Shown: positions 50,969-62,811 of the stretch, piece after piece
Position numbering within the stretch: the stretch's first letter is position 1
Layout of the letters: every line of letters starts with the position of its first letter
Assembly (NCBI GenBank): GCA_964016885.1
Contig: OZ024743.1
Span: forward strand, 102,672,001 to 102,736,000
Reading direction: 5' to 3'
Length of the DNA: 64,000 nucleotides
Origin: Eledone cirrhosa
Lineage: Eukaryota
Notes under the pieces: generated by a model
Databases searched by the model: none
Told to the model about the DNA's origin: nothing
The model's input: only the letters and a program-made list of their open reading frames with translations
Program-made: the position numbers and the translations under genes

Positions 50969-51563
50969 TGTGTATGTATGTATGCATGTATGAATGTATG
51001 CGAATTTTTATGTGTGTGTGTGCGTGTGTGTGGATCGATGTATCGGTAACTCCTGATGTGGTCGTAGGCGTGCCGTAGTGACATACAGGCTATCTCGAGC
51101 ATTTTAAATCATCCAGGAGAAGAGAGAGGGGGAATGGGAGAGAGATGGTGCGAAAGAGAGAATAAGTGAATAAGAGATATGGAGGAAGAACCGACCCCAG
51201 TACTGGACTGGTACTTCTTTTATCAACCTCAAAAGGGCGAAAGGCAAAATTGATCTCGAAGTATGGTATACGGTGCATCAACATGGACAAAAACAATAGT
51301 TGTGGTTTGACAGGATTGGTAGAGCCACGGATAAAGTGTAATTGTGGTATGTGTTTTGACTCTTTTCATTCTGAGTTCGTATCCCACCGACGTCAACTTT
51401 GCCATTTATTCTTAAAACAGGTATCAGTGAAGTACTGCGGTTGAATTAAACAACTTTGTCCTTCGCTAAAATAGTTTAGGCTTAGGCCTAAATTAGAAAT
51501 CAACATTAACAACAACAGCAGCAGCGGCATCCAAATCTAAATTGCATGCATATACATACATAC

Positions 51564-51905
51564 ATGATGATGGCTGCCCCCTCGATATCGAGTATGGCCA
51601 TTGCACGATATAACATTATTAAAAATTATCAATTAATGCTATTTTTTATTCAGGCTTTTCCTCTCTTAAAAAGGTCTTGTGACAACAACTGGGGGCCTTT
51701 CACTCCCAGGTAAAAAAGAAGGTACTATCTGAGAAAGTACTCTGCTGAGTTCCTCCACCCTTTGTCGGGTCTTGTATTTCATCTCACTGGGTGTCCGAAT
51801 ATCACCCTCCTCACCAAGCAAGCTCGGTTTAGTCGCCGACGACCCGACCATGAAACAGGTTGTACTGGGTTACATGTTACCAGTACCACTCGAGAGCGAC
51901 CTGAC
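51564..51905 (-). mobile_element. ~340-bp non-autonomous RTE-like unit
   Basis: Shares its head (GTCAGGTC...CTGGTAACATGTA.CCCAGTACAACCTG...GGCGACTAAAC) and a related tail with the two ~610-bp units. CATA repeats on both flanks. Confidence 0.65.
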
Positions 51906-51939
51906 ACATATATACATACATGCATGCATGCATACATAC

Positions 51940-52547
51940 ATGGTGGCTGCCAACTCATTTTCGAGTACGGCCACTACTTTATATCCATGTAGGAGTACCC
52001 CTACCGATGCGCTGAACAAGTGTGACTTTTTAGTCCAACCAACGACTTGAAAACTCTGGTACAAACACTACACTTGTTACAATTATTGACACATAGTGCT
52101 GGACCCATGGTACCATGTGATGACAAGTGCAAGGGATCTCCAGATATAAAGCAATGCCTGTGCCGTGAAGCTTTTATAGTGAGCAAAGGCACTGCACAAA
52201 GCCAGTCCCACTCTCTTAACCAAGATGATATTTACCAAAAAGAAGAACAAGTCAACATCATTGGATACCATCAGGGTTGCAGGTGTTATATCAGAGTTTT
52301 CCTTCTCCTAGAATTCTGCCTTGACAAAGGCTAAGGGGTCATCTCTCCCGGTAATTTTGGATGGCCATTGACTCTTAAGAGCTCATTGCCCTTTGACAGG
52401 TTTTGTTTTTAGTCCTGCAGGATGTCCAAAGTCACCCTCCTCATCAAGAAACCTTGGTGGGGTTGCCAGTTTAGTCGCCAACGACCCGACAATGAGACAG
52501 GTTGTACTGGGATACATGTTACCAGTAGCACCAAATGGTGACCTGAC
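51940..52547 (-). mobile_element. ~610-bp non-autonomous RTE-derived unit, copy 1
   Basis: The 3' part encodes CSVCTRVFKSLVGLKSH, matching the last finger of the RTE at ~44.2 kb. Direct repeat of 52899-53507. Confidence 0.75.
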
Positions 52548-52898
52548 CATACGTGTGCGCGCGCGACATGCAACGCACGCTTCGCACCAGATAAATGAAC
52601 CACCGCTCGGCGACGGCCCCGTCCCTTCTCAATCGAGTGAGCGAAGAAACTACGGATGTGGCGGTTTCTCATCGACGCAAACGCGCACGGTACCCGACCG
52701 ACGGCGAACGCCGCCGCAAAGCCGATCGGTCGGTGTAGACCGGGGGCCGACCCGCAACCGACGCTGCCGCCATCCGAGAGACGCAAGAATGCTCCCACCT
52801 ATTCTACGCCTACCGTGTGCCCTCACATACATACATACATACATACATACATACATACATACATACATACATACATACATACATACATACATACATAC

Positions 52899-53507
52899 AT
52901 GGTGGCTGCCAACTCGTTTTCGAGTACGGCCACTACTTTATATCCATGTAGGAGAACCCCTACCGATGCGCTGAACGAATGTGACTTTTTAGTCCAGCCA
53001 GCGACTTGAAAACTCTGGTACAAACACTACACTTGTGACAATTATTGACACAGTGCTGGGCCCATGGTACCATATGAGGACAAGTTCAGAGAGATCTCCA
53101 GATATAAAGCAATGCCTGTGCCGTGAAGCTTTTATGGTGAGCAAAGGCACTGCACAAAGCCAGTCCCACTCTCTTAACCAAGATGATATTTACCAAAAAG
53201 AAGAACAATTCAACATCATTGGATACCATCAGGGTTGCAGGTGTTATATCAGAGTTTTCCTTCTCCTAGAATTCTACCTTGACAAAGGCTAAGGGGTCAT
53301 CTCTCCCTGTGATTTTGGATGGCCATTGACTCTTAAGAGCCCCTTTGCCTTTTGACAGGTTTTGTTTTTAGTCCTGCAGGATGTCCAAAGTCACTCTCCT
53401 CACCAAGCAACCTTGGTGGGGTTGCCAGTTTAGTCGCCAACGACCCGACATATGGGACAGGTTGTACTGGGATACATGTTACCAGTAGCACCAACTGGTG
53501 ACCTGAC
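52899..53507 (-). mobile_element. ~610-bp non-autonomous RTE-derived unit, copy 2
   Basis: Highly similar to 51940-52547, with (CATA)n on both sides. Confidence 0.75.
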
Positions 53508-53659
53508 ACAAATACATACATACATACATACATACATACATACATACATACATACATACATACATACATACATACATACATACATACGCAAACAACTAAA
53601 ATACCTCTTGTCTAAGCACAATGCATGATAAGAATGATAATTAAGATGAAGACGTGGGA

Positions 53660-53790
53660 TTTTTTGCATATATTCATTTTTGCATATATTCATTTTGCAT
53701 ATATTCATTTTGCATATATTCATTTTTGCATATATTCATTTTTGCATATATTCATTTTGCATATATTCATTTTGCATATATTCATTACTA
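53660..53790. repeat. 16-17-bp minisatellite (TTTTGCATATATTCAT)n
   Basis: About seven directly visible units. Confidence 0.9.
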
Positions 53791-54184
53791 TATTTATGAA
53801 TATTCTCTTTTTTCTGATTTTGCCAGTTTACGTATAGCTTAGTTTCAAATGTTTAACAGTCTTCCATTTACATTGTTTTCTTCCTGTTTATAACAGGGAG
53901 ATTCCGTCGAGGATTTGCCAACTGGATTATGTCTGTGTATATATTTAGACTTGGCAGAGACTGGTCAACCGGAGATGATGTAGTCAACCATTTCATTATC
54001 CTAGTTGTATATTCTGCTTTTCGTCTTATGACCCGCTTTAATTATTTTGTTCACATAGTTGTGTGTGGCCAGACATTGTCTAGTACTGCGAGAATCAGTA
54101 TTTCCGATTCCGATTTTAGTCTGGAGCTTCAGTGCCATTGTTTACATTCATTTTGGCTTACTTCGTCTTCGTTTATTTTTTTTT

Positions 54185-54632
54185 CTGGCACTACCAATAG
54201 ATCGTCGGATAAAATGCTTCACCGTATTTAGTTACGTCTTTCTACATTCTGAGTTCAAATCCCGCCAATGTCAATTTTGACTTTTATCCTTCCAAGATCA
54301 ATAAAATAAAGTACTAGTTAGGTGCCAAATCTAGACAGAATTATTCTTATTTTCCTTCTTATGGTCATTGTTATTATCGCAGTTTTTGTTGTAATATGTA
54401 TTGCTATCATTCTCATCATTTCATTTTCTTCCCCATCATCATTATTGGATTGGCAGTATCGGTAGAGGTTCGGACGCCATGCATTGCAGCATAGAGTTGA
54501 GGCCCTTTAGCTCTAAGTTCAAATCCCACCGAGGTTCACTTTGCCTTTCATCCTTACGGGTTCGATAAGATAAAGTATCAGTAATGCACTGTGATACTTG
54601 CTGGCCTTGTGCCAAAAGTAGAAACAATTATT
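54185..54632 (+). mobile_element. Two SINE copies: old (~54185-54335) and younger (~54445-54632)
   Basis: Both contain the GTTCAAATCCC B-box and the family body. Confidence 0.8.
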
Positions 54633-54854
54633 ATCATTATCATGAATACCCTCGTTTATTATGTCTATTATCTCACTAATAAAAACTATGCACCCCCCAT
54701 GCGCCTCCTTTTATATGCGACTTGTGATAGTGTTCTATAAATAGCAGTTATAAATCTATGTTTATTCTGTAAATATGAAGAAATGTTTACACAACTAAAG
54801 CATTTTTTTGCAAATACTCTCCCTCTTGGTGCTTAATGTGATAGAAAGACTCAC

Positions 54855-55715
54855 TGGTTTGGTTTGGTTTTTAGTTTGGTTATATGTTTAATTGTTTAGT
54901 TGGTTTTTAGCTAGTTGGTTAGTAGTTGAATTGGTAAACTGATTATGTAGATGGCCGGATGGTTAATGTGTTAGTGAGTTCATTGATTGGTTGATTATGT
55001 AATGTCTAAGCTAGTTAAAAGATTATTTGATTGGCTGGGTGGTTGTTTAGTTGTTTAGTTGGCAGGTAGGTTGTTTGAGAGGTTTGATAGATTGTTTGTT
55101 TCGTTGGCTGGCTGGTTGGATGGTTGGATGGTTAGTTGGATGGTTGGATGGTTGAATGGTTGGTTGGATGGTTGGATGGTTGGCTGGTTTGTTGCTTGGC
55201 TGCCTGGCTGGTTGGCTGGTTGGTTGGTTATTTGGTCGGAGGGGTGGCTGGTTGGTTGGATGGTTGACCGGTTGGTTGGCTGGTCGCTTGGATGGTTGGC
55301 TGGCTGGTCGGAGGGTCGGCTGGTTGGATGGTTGAATGGTTGGCTGGATGGTTGGTTGGTTGGTTGGCTGGTTGGTTGGTTGGCTGGTTGGTTGGATGGA
55401 TGGTTGGTTGGCTGGTTGTTGGGTGGTTGGTTGGTTGGTCGGAGGGTTGGCTGGTTGACAGGATGGTTGGCTGGTTGAGGGTTGGCTGGTTGCTTGGTTG
55501 GCTGGTTGTTTAGTTGTTTGATAGGTAGTTATGTAGGTTTATCGCTTTACTAGATTGTTTGGCTGGTTGCTTGATTTGTAAGTTGAGTGGTTAGTTGTTT
55601 GGTCATTTATTTGGTTGGTCGGTTGATTGGTAGACTGGTTGGTTGGTTGGTAGATTAGTAGTTTGATTGGTTGTTAGCTTGGTTGCTTGTTTATTGGGTT
55701 GGCTGACTGTTTAGT
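54855..55715. repeat. Degenerate (TTGG/CTGG/ATGG)n tetranucleotide repeat
   Basis: Directly visible. Confidence 0.9.
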
Positions 55716-56045
55716 AGGGAAAGTGAATACGCTTAATCTCACATAATTTGTGTGTATGCATAAAAGTGTGCGTAATTATATATATAGAATTATGTATATT
55801 GATGTATACATGTGTGTTTAAACAAACATACCCTCACAAATACATGTATCTATATAAGATTAATTGACATACAAAATATGGGGAAATTTGAAAATATTGT
55901 CCCCACGGTCAATTTTCCCGACTTTAGAGGTGCTTTATCCGATTTATCCGGCTATTATTATAGTGATCAACTCTTATTATCATTAGCTGCATTTTCAAAT
56001 TATGTATCTACAATTATGTGTGTGTGTGTGTGCGCGCTCGCGCGC

Positions 56046-56125
<80 letters not shown>

Positions 56126-56639
56126 ATATGTGTGTTCGTAAATATGTACACACGTAGGATGTATATGGAACTCTGATCTTAGAAACCGACGGAAGTCCAA
56201 TACAAACATTATTATCTTCGTTGATCTTAGTTTTTGTATAAACGTATACATCCTACGTGTGTACATATTTATACAAAAACAATGATCAACGACGATAATA
56301 ATGTGTTTCGAAGATCAGAGTTCCATTTGTTCAAACAAAGGAACAGCCTGCTTTTGAAGTTATTATTTAAATGGTTTAGCATTAGACAGAAACGAGCATC
56401 GTTAACGTAGTTTTTAGCGATATTCGGAGTGACACAGTATATAACAAGGTTTGCCGTTTGAATTAGAACTACAACTCATGTTTGCCATTAGAATGAACTG
56501 GGGCAAGTAGAAATAAGTTGTCATGTTCAAAGTCACAACGCACCGCCACGTATCGAACACCCAAACAACTAAGCCATTTGTCTTCATTGTGTGAGAGTAT
56601 GCTTAATGCAGTCCTCATCGCACCGTGTGATAAGGCTGG

Positions 56640-56797
56640 CCGTTTGAATTACAGGTACAACTAAATTTTTGTAGCTGAGTGGTTTAGAACATGGGCATAA
56701 TGAGGTATTTTGCTCAAGTACCCAACCTGCCATCAGAAATCGAACTAACAGCCTTACGAGCGGGAACCGCACATACTAACCACTAAGACAAGCTGCT
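56640..56797 (-). mobile_element. Decayed tRNA-derived SINE head
   Basis: The minus strand has TGTCTTAGTGGTTAG (A box), AGTTCGATTTC (B box), then GTACTTGAGCAAAATAC. Confidence 0.45.
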
Positions 56798-57172
56798 TCA
56801 CAGCAAGGTCAATGACATCAAACTGAAATGACAATGATGAACTTCCCACTGTTGTAAAGTAGTATCAAATATAACTTGAGCCAAATAAAACAACCACCAC
56901 GCGAAGCAAATAAAGCTAGGTCGCAGTGAATATAAAGTACTTAACGTGTATGGATTTGATTGTCATGTTGGAGTTTAAGTAAATATATTTACATTAACTT
57001 GTCAAGTTCCCATGTTTAAATACTCTGTAAATCTTGGATGATCCAATAGAAATCAAGATAAATTGATAGAATATTGAATACAATCACCAAAATATAAAAC
57101 ACAAATAAAATAAAATAAAATAATAAAAACGAAGCAAAGCTATAAGTTAATGGCAACTACTTATTTACTGGG

Positions 57173-57210
<38 letters not shown>

Positions 57211-57257
57211 AGTAAATAAGTAGTTGCCATTAACTACAACATATATATATATATATA

Positions 57258-58720
57258 TTGTTATGCTTTGGGAAGGTCATGTTGCCAATAGGAAACACAC
57301 GCACCAGTTGCTTTCACTCCAACTTATTATAAATTAAATTTATAAATTTAAGAATTTATAAATTTCCGGTTGGTAGGTTGGTTTCACAAGCGGACGGTTG
57401 TTCGTATATTGTCAAAGTTCTTTCGTCACACATTCTGTGACCTATTCAGTAACTGGGGATTTTTTTCTTTGTTTTTGTGCCTCTCCTTTGTTCTGTCCTA
57501 CGCCATCTTGTTTTTGAGTGTGGTGTGTGGTTAGTTTGCGCATGTGTTACAACCGGGTGCCTGTGTGTGTTTATATTTGTTTATTTATTTGTTTATTTAC
57601 ATGTGACTGGTTGGTTGTTTGTTCTATGTGCATATGTGTTTTCATTTTGTCCTTAATTCTAAGTTGTGATGTTGCTATTCCATTCATGTTTTCTATTTAA
57701 TTTTGGTTGGAGTTCATTTATGTTTATTGCCACGGTGATTTGTCTAAACATTGCGTCTTTTCTGTGTGTAGATTCTATTTTTATTTCTATGTTCTCTAAT
57801 TTACCCTTATGTTCTATTTTAGCATGTTGCTGGAGTACAGATGATTCTTTTCTATCTTGAAGCTCTCGCCAGTGTTCATTTAACCGTTCTCCTATACTCC
57901 GAGCTGTCTTACCTATGTACACTATATTCTTATCTCTACATTGTCCTTCAGTACATCTTATGCTATATACTACATTTCTAGTTTTACAGTTAATATGGGG
58001 GCTTAGTTTACAGATTATGCATTTCTTATCTATACAGGGAGGTCTTTGAAAAGGGTATGTATTACTAATAAGTGTGTTTATGGCGGTACCTGGTCTTTCT
58101 ACTATCTTAATATTGAGTTTACGTTTATCTAAGGCCCTTCTACATTTGTAAGCTAATTCACCTCTAGGGGTTGTATTGATGAACATTACACTCTGGTATT
58201 TATTGCTATCATACCATGAGTTTATTCTATTAACCTTATTCCTAGTTCTTTCTATTCTATTCCAAAATGTGTTCCTATACAAGGGGCATGTCCCATTTGT
58301 ATCATTATTTACCATTTATTCCCATTTGGTTCTGGCTCCTCTATATACACTGATTTTATCTCTCTGATTTTAACCAGAGAACTGCATACGGTGGATGAAG
58401 TGTTGTATGTGTCTCTCTAGTTCTTTGGGGTTGCGCATGCGGGACACGTTTCTCACCACCCGTACCAAATCCGCAATCAGTATGTTGATTTTGGTGTGGT
58501 CCGAAACAGCTGAGTTTCGGTGGATCAGATATTTGGAAGACATGGGTTTGGCATAATGGGAACGGAGGATTTGTTTTTTGTTATTAATGGTTTCTAACCA
58601 GAGCTCTGTGTCTAGTACAGGTAATCCATGTTTGGGGTGTGTTTGGGTAGTCTATTGTAACTCTAATACTCCGGTGGATGGAGTTAGCCATTTGCTGGAT
58701 GCTTTCCATGGTGTTTTTCT
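57258..58720 (-). mobile_element. Penelope-like element family B, left inverted arm (RT end, GIY-YIG, 3' UTR)
   Basis: ORF 57659..58315 has CIDKKCIIC, NVVYSIRC, YIGKTARSIGERLNEH and PKLN. Reverse complement of 59031-60488. Confidence 0.92.
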
Positions 58721-60488
58721 CGGACCTCCGATGAACTAAATAAAATGATTGCACATGCGGTGGGGGCCAGTATAAAATTAACCCTTAAGGAACATATGTT
58801 CAAATTTAATGGAAAAACATATGCCCAAGAGGAGGGAGCAGGCATTGGTGTTAGCATTGCAGATGACATAGCTAACCTATTCATGGTATGGTGGGACAAT
58901 AGATTTAAACTTAAACTTAGAGAACAATTAGAAGACAGCAACCTCTTAACACTGATAATGTACTCCCGCTACGTTGATGATATAAACATCGTAGTAAAAA
59001 CACCCCCACTAGAGAACAGTCAGGTATTAGAGAAAAACACCATGGAAAGCATCCAGCAAATAGCTAACTCCATCCACCAGAGTATTAGAGTTACTATAGA
59101 CTACCCAAGCAAACACCCCAACCATCGATTACCTGTACTAGACACAGAGCTCTGGTTAGATAATATCAATAACAAAAAAACAGATCCTCCATTCCCGTTA
59201 TGCAAAACCCATGACTTCCAAATATCTGATCCACCGAAACTCAGCTGTTTCGGACCACACCAAAATCAACATACTGATTGCGGATTTGGTACGGGTGATG
59301 AGAAACGTGTCCCGCATGTGCAACCCCAAATAACTAGAGAGACACATACAACACTTCATCCACCGTATGCAGTTCTCTGGTTACAACCAGAGAGATACGA
59401 TCAGAGTATATAGAGGAGTCAGAACCAAATTGGAAAAAATGGTAAATAATGATACAAATGGGACTTGCCCCTTGTATGGGAGCAAATTTTGAAATAGAAT
59501 AGAAAGAACTAGGAATAAGGTTAATAGAATAAACTCATGGTATGATAGCAATACATACCAGAGTGTAATGTTCATCAATACAACCCCTAGAGGTGAATTA
59601 GCTTACAAATTCAGAAGGGCCCTAGATAAACATAAACTCAATATTAAGATAGTAGAAAGACCAGGTACCTCCATAAAAATACTTATTAGCAATACATACC
59701 CTTTTGAAAGACGTTCTTGGATAGATAAGAAATGTATAATCTGTAAACTAAGCCCCTATATTAACTGTAAAACTAGAAATGTAGTATATAACATAAGATG
59801 TACTGAAGGACAATGTAGAGATAAGGATATAGTGCACATATGTGAGACAACTCGTAGTATAGGAGAACGGATAAATGAACACAGGAGAGCTTCAAGATAG
59901 TAAAGAATCATCTGTACTCTACCAACATGCTAAAATAGAACATAAGGATAAATTAAAGAACATAGAAATAAAAATAGCATCTACACACAGAAATGGCGCA
60001 ATGTTTAGACAAATCACAGAGGCAATGAACATAAATGAACTCCAACCAAAATTAAATAGAAAGCATGAATGGAATAGCAACATCACAACTTACAATTAAG
60101 GACAACATGAAAACACACACACACATAGAACAAACAACCAACCAGTAACATGTAAATAAACAAATAAATAAACAAATATAAACACACACAGACACCCGGA
60201 TGTAACACATGCGCAAACTAAGCACACAACACACAAAAAACAAGATGGCGTAGGACAGAACAAAGGAGAGGCACATAAACAAAGAAAAGAATCCCCAGTC
60301 ACTGAAGAGGTCACAGAATATGTGACGAAAGAATTTTAACAATATATGAACAATCGTCTGGTTGTGGAACCAACCAACCGGAAATTTATAAATTCCTAAA
60401 TTTATAAATTTAATTTATAATAAATTGAAGTGAAAGCACTGCTGCGTGTGTTTCTTATTGGCAACATGACCCTCCCAAAGTATAACAA
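58721..60488 (+). mobile_element. Penelope-like element family B, right arm (RT core, GIY-YIG, 3' UTR), decayed
   Basis: ORF 58745..59413 has FKFNGKTYAQEEGAGIG, YSRYVDD and LPVLD. GIY-YIG pieces in 59568..60099. Confidence 0.92.
60298..60340 (+). ncRNA. Minimal hammerhead-like motif in the PLE family-B 3' UTR
   Basis: GTCA-CTGAAGA-G-GTCACA-GAATA-TGTGAC-GAAA-GAATTT-TAAC. The mirrored copy at 57411-57453 has TGAC, which completes stem I. Confidence 0.5.
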
Positions 60489-60870
60489 TATCGGTTTAAA
60501 CACATGTTTTCAGATAAAGAATCTTGCTAAACAAATTCATAAACGAAATATATATATATAATTCAATATCTAACGAGAAAATCTTATTTCCCATCGAAAC
60601 GTATAAAGCTTAACCACAGGGCAGCAAATCCTTATCATATGTTAATGCTACTTTACTTAAGTATGGGGTACTGAGTTGAATAATAGTCTAACTATATCAA
60701 TCTAAGTATATGCCTGTCTGTCCTAATAGCACAGATTAAACGTGCTAATAATAAACGTTTGCTCTACGGGTTTATTCACACACACACACATACACACACA
60801 GAGACACACGCACATACACGCACACACATACACATGCACACATATACACACACACATACACATACACACA

Positions 60871-60950
<80 letters not shown>

Positions 60951-61716
60951 AAGTCTGTCAATTTCTTTTCATAAACATCCCGAATACATGTGACACATCT
61001 ATAAAATTCTAGCTTATTTTTTACTCACCGGTAAGTAGGTGGATATGCAGCCTTGACTAAAAGGCGAGAAACAATGTTGTCGGTTGCTTCACCATGTTTA
61101 TTGCTGGGACTAAGGATGTTTGGCGGCGGTCACAACCTTTATACATCCTGTATACAACACGTACATATGTGTGTATAACAAAATATGTTGAGGAAACACT
61201 TTATTTCCCAGTGCTTCAGTTAACTCAGCTGGTAATAATTCAAGGGGCAAGTCTTGTCATAGCTTGTGTCACGCTGAATCGTCCTACGATTCACGTTTAT
61301 GTGGAATGCTCAGTCACTTATACGTTAATTCCACAAGCAGAAAAGTCCATGGTTTCAATAAACTGGAGCAATTGTCGTCGGAAACAACGGAAGTTCAGCG
61401 ACAAAAAAAAAAAAAAAAAAAAAACATGCCTGTCTGTATATTTATTTTTTCTTTTAACCTTTTATCATTACGTGTTGCGGAGCACATCACCATGATAACG
61501 ACACGCCGCTGATAACAGCACATTACTATAATAACACGTCGTTTGTGTCGAGGATGTTGACGTTGTTGTTGTGTTGCTACTATTGATGCTGCTGCTGCTG
61601 GTTTTGTTGTTTACCCTAAGTCAGCTCTAAACTATTAAATGTCTGACTAAGCTGAGATTATCTCGAAGTTTACCTAGCCGTACCACACAATTTTATTTTT
61701 GTACATCGGATTCTAC

Positions 61717-61752
<36 letters not shown>

Positions 61753-62751
61753 TTCCCCAAAATGGCTGACTAATGACACGCGTACTTTTCTGCCGTGGAA
61801 ACCTTTTTCTGTTTCTCTCTTCTTATTCTGGCTTGTCTTTCATTTTCATCTTCTCTCTCTCATTTTATATAGCGATAACGTCCGAAATGCTAAGAGAATT
61901 TTCCTACTATATAAAGTGTTCAACTATATCATTATTGTACTCTATATTTCTCCTGTGTTGCTCATCGACGGTTCGCATATATATATGCATACAACTATTT
62001 TTCAGCTTAGTACGCTATATTTAAGAAGGTAAAATGTATGTATTATGAGGGTTGAGCTCTTACCGTCTCAGCAGCACATGAGTAAGTCAATCACCATGTA
62101 TAATTCTCCTCACAACGGTAATAACAAACATCTTCTGCACACCTCTCAAAAACATTCATTCCCACCTTCACCCAGCACTGTTACAACAGGATCTTCAACA
62201 AAAACTCTGTGAAACACTTTTACAGTACCGCTCCCAACTTTGTATCGCAGGATGCACAAAGCATACCTCAATCTCAGGACTGCCCGACTATTAACTACTA
62301 TCAAATGAACGTATCCTCTCGCATACGTCTCAAACTATAAATCAGGTGCTTATCACAAAATAGTTAGTACACGACGCAACAAATACATAGCCAGCCCTAT
62401 AGAAACGATCCAGTGAAGATCACATGAATGTATAGACAATCGATTCACTTTTACAAACCAACTTAATCCTCAAGTCATTCCAGGATCCCGGAGGGTAACA
62501 CCATAGTAATTAATGATACTCTACGGAAAGAGGGGGAGAGAGATTGACAGTCTGTTTGACGCTGGCTGGAGTTCATCAGAACCACGCACTCCCCTGCTTC
62601 CGCCGAAAATTATAAAAGGTGGATTCTTATAGAATCCAGTAATAATCAGGAGCTGATTATTTCGCCGAAAATAAGTAAGTGACATAGTCACTACTTTAAA
62701 ACTGATAGCGTATGGGCATCTAAATATTGCCAAATATACTATACATACATT

Positions 62752-62811
<60 letters not shown>

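Noticed and set aside
61000-62520. Possible host exon or promoter (GTAAGT donors at ~61031 and ~62081)
   Set aside because: No supportable reading frame or acceptor/donor pair; needs RNA-seq.
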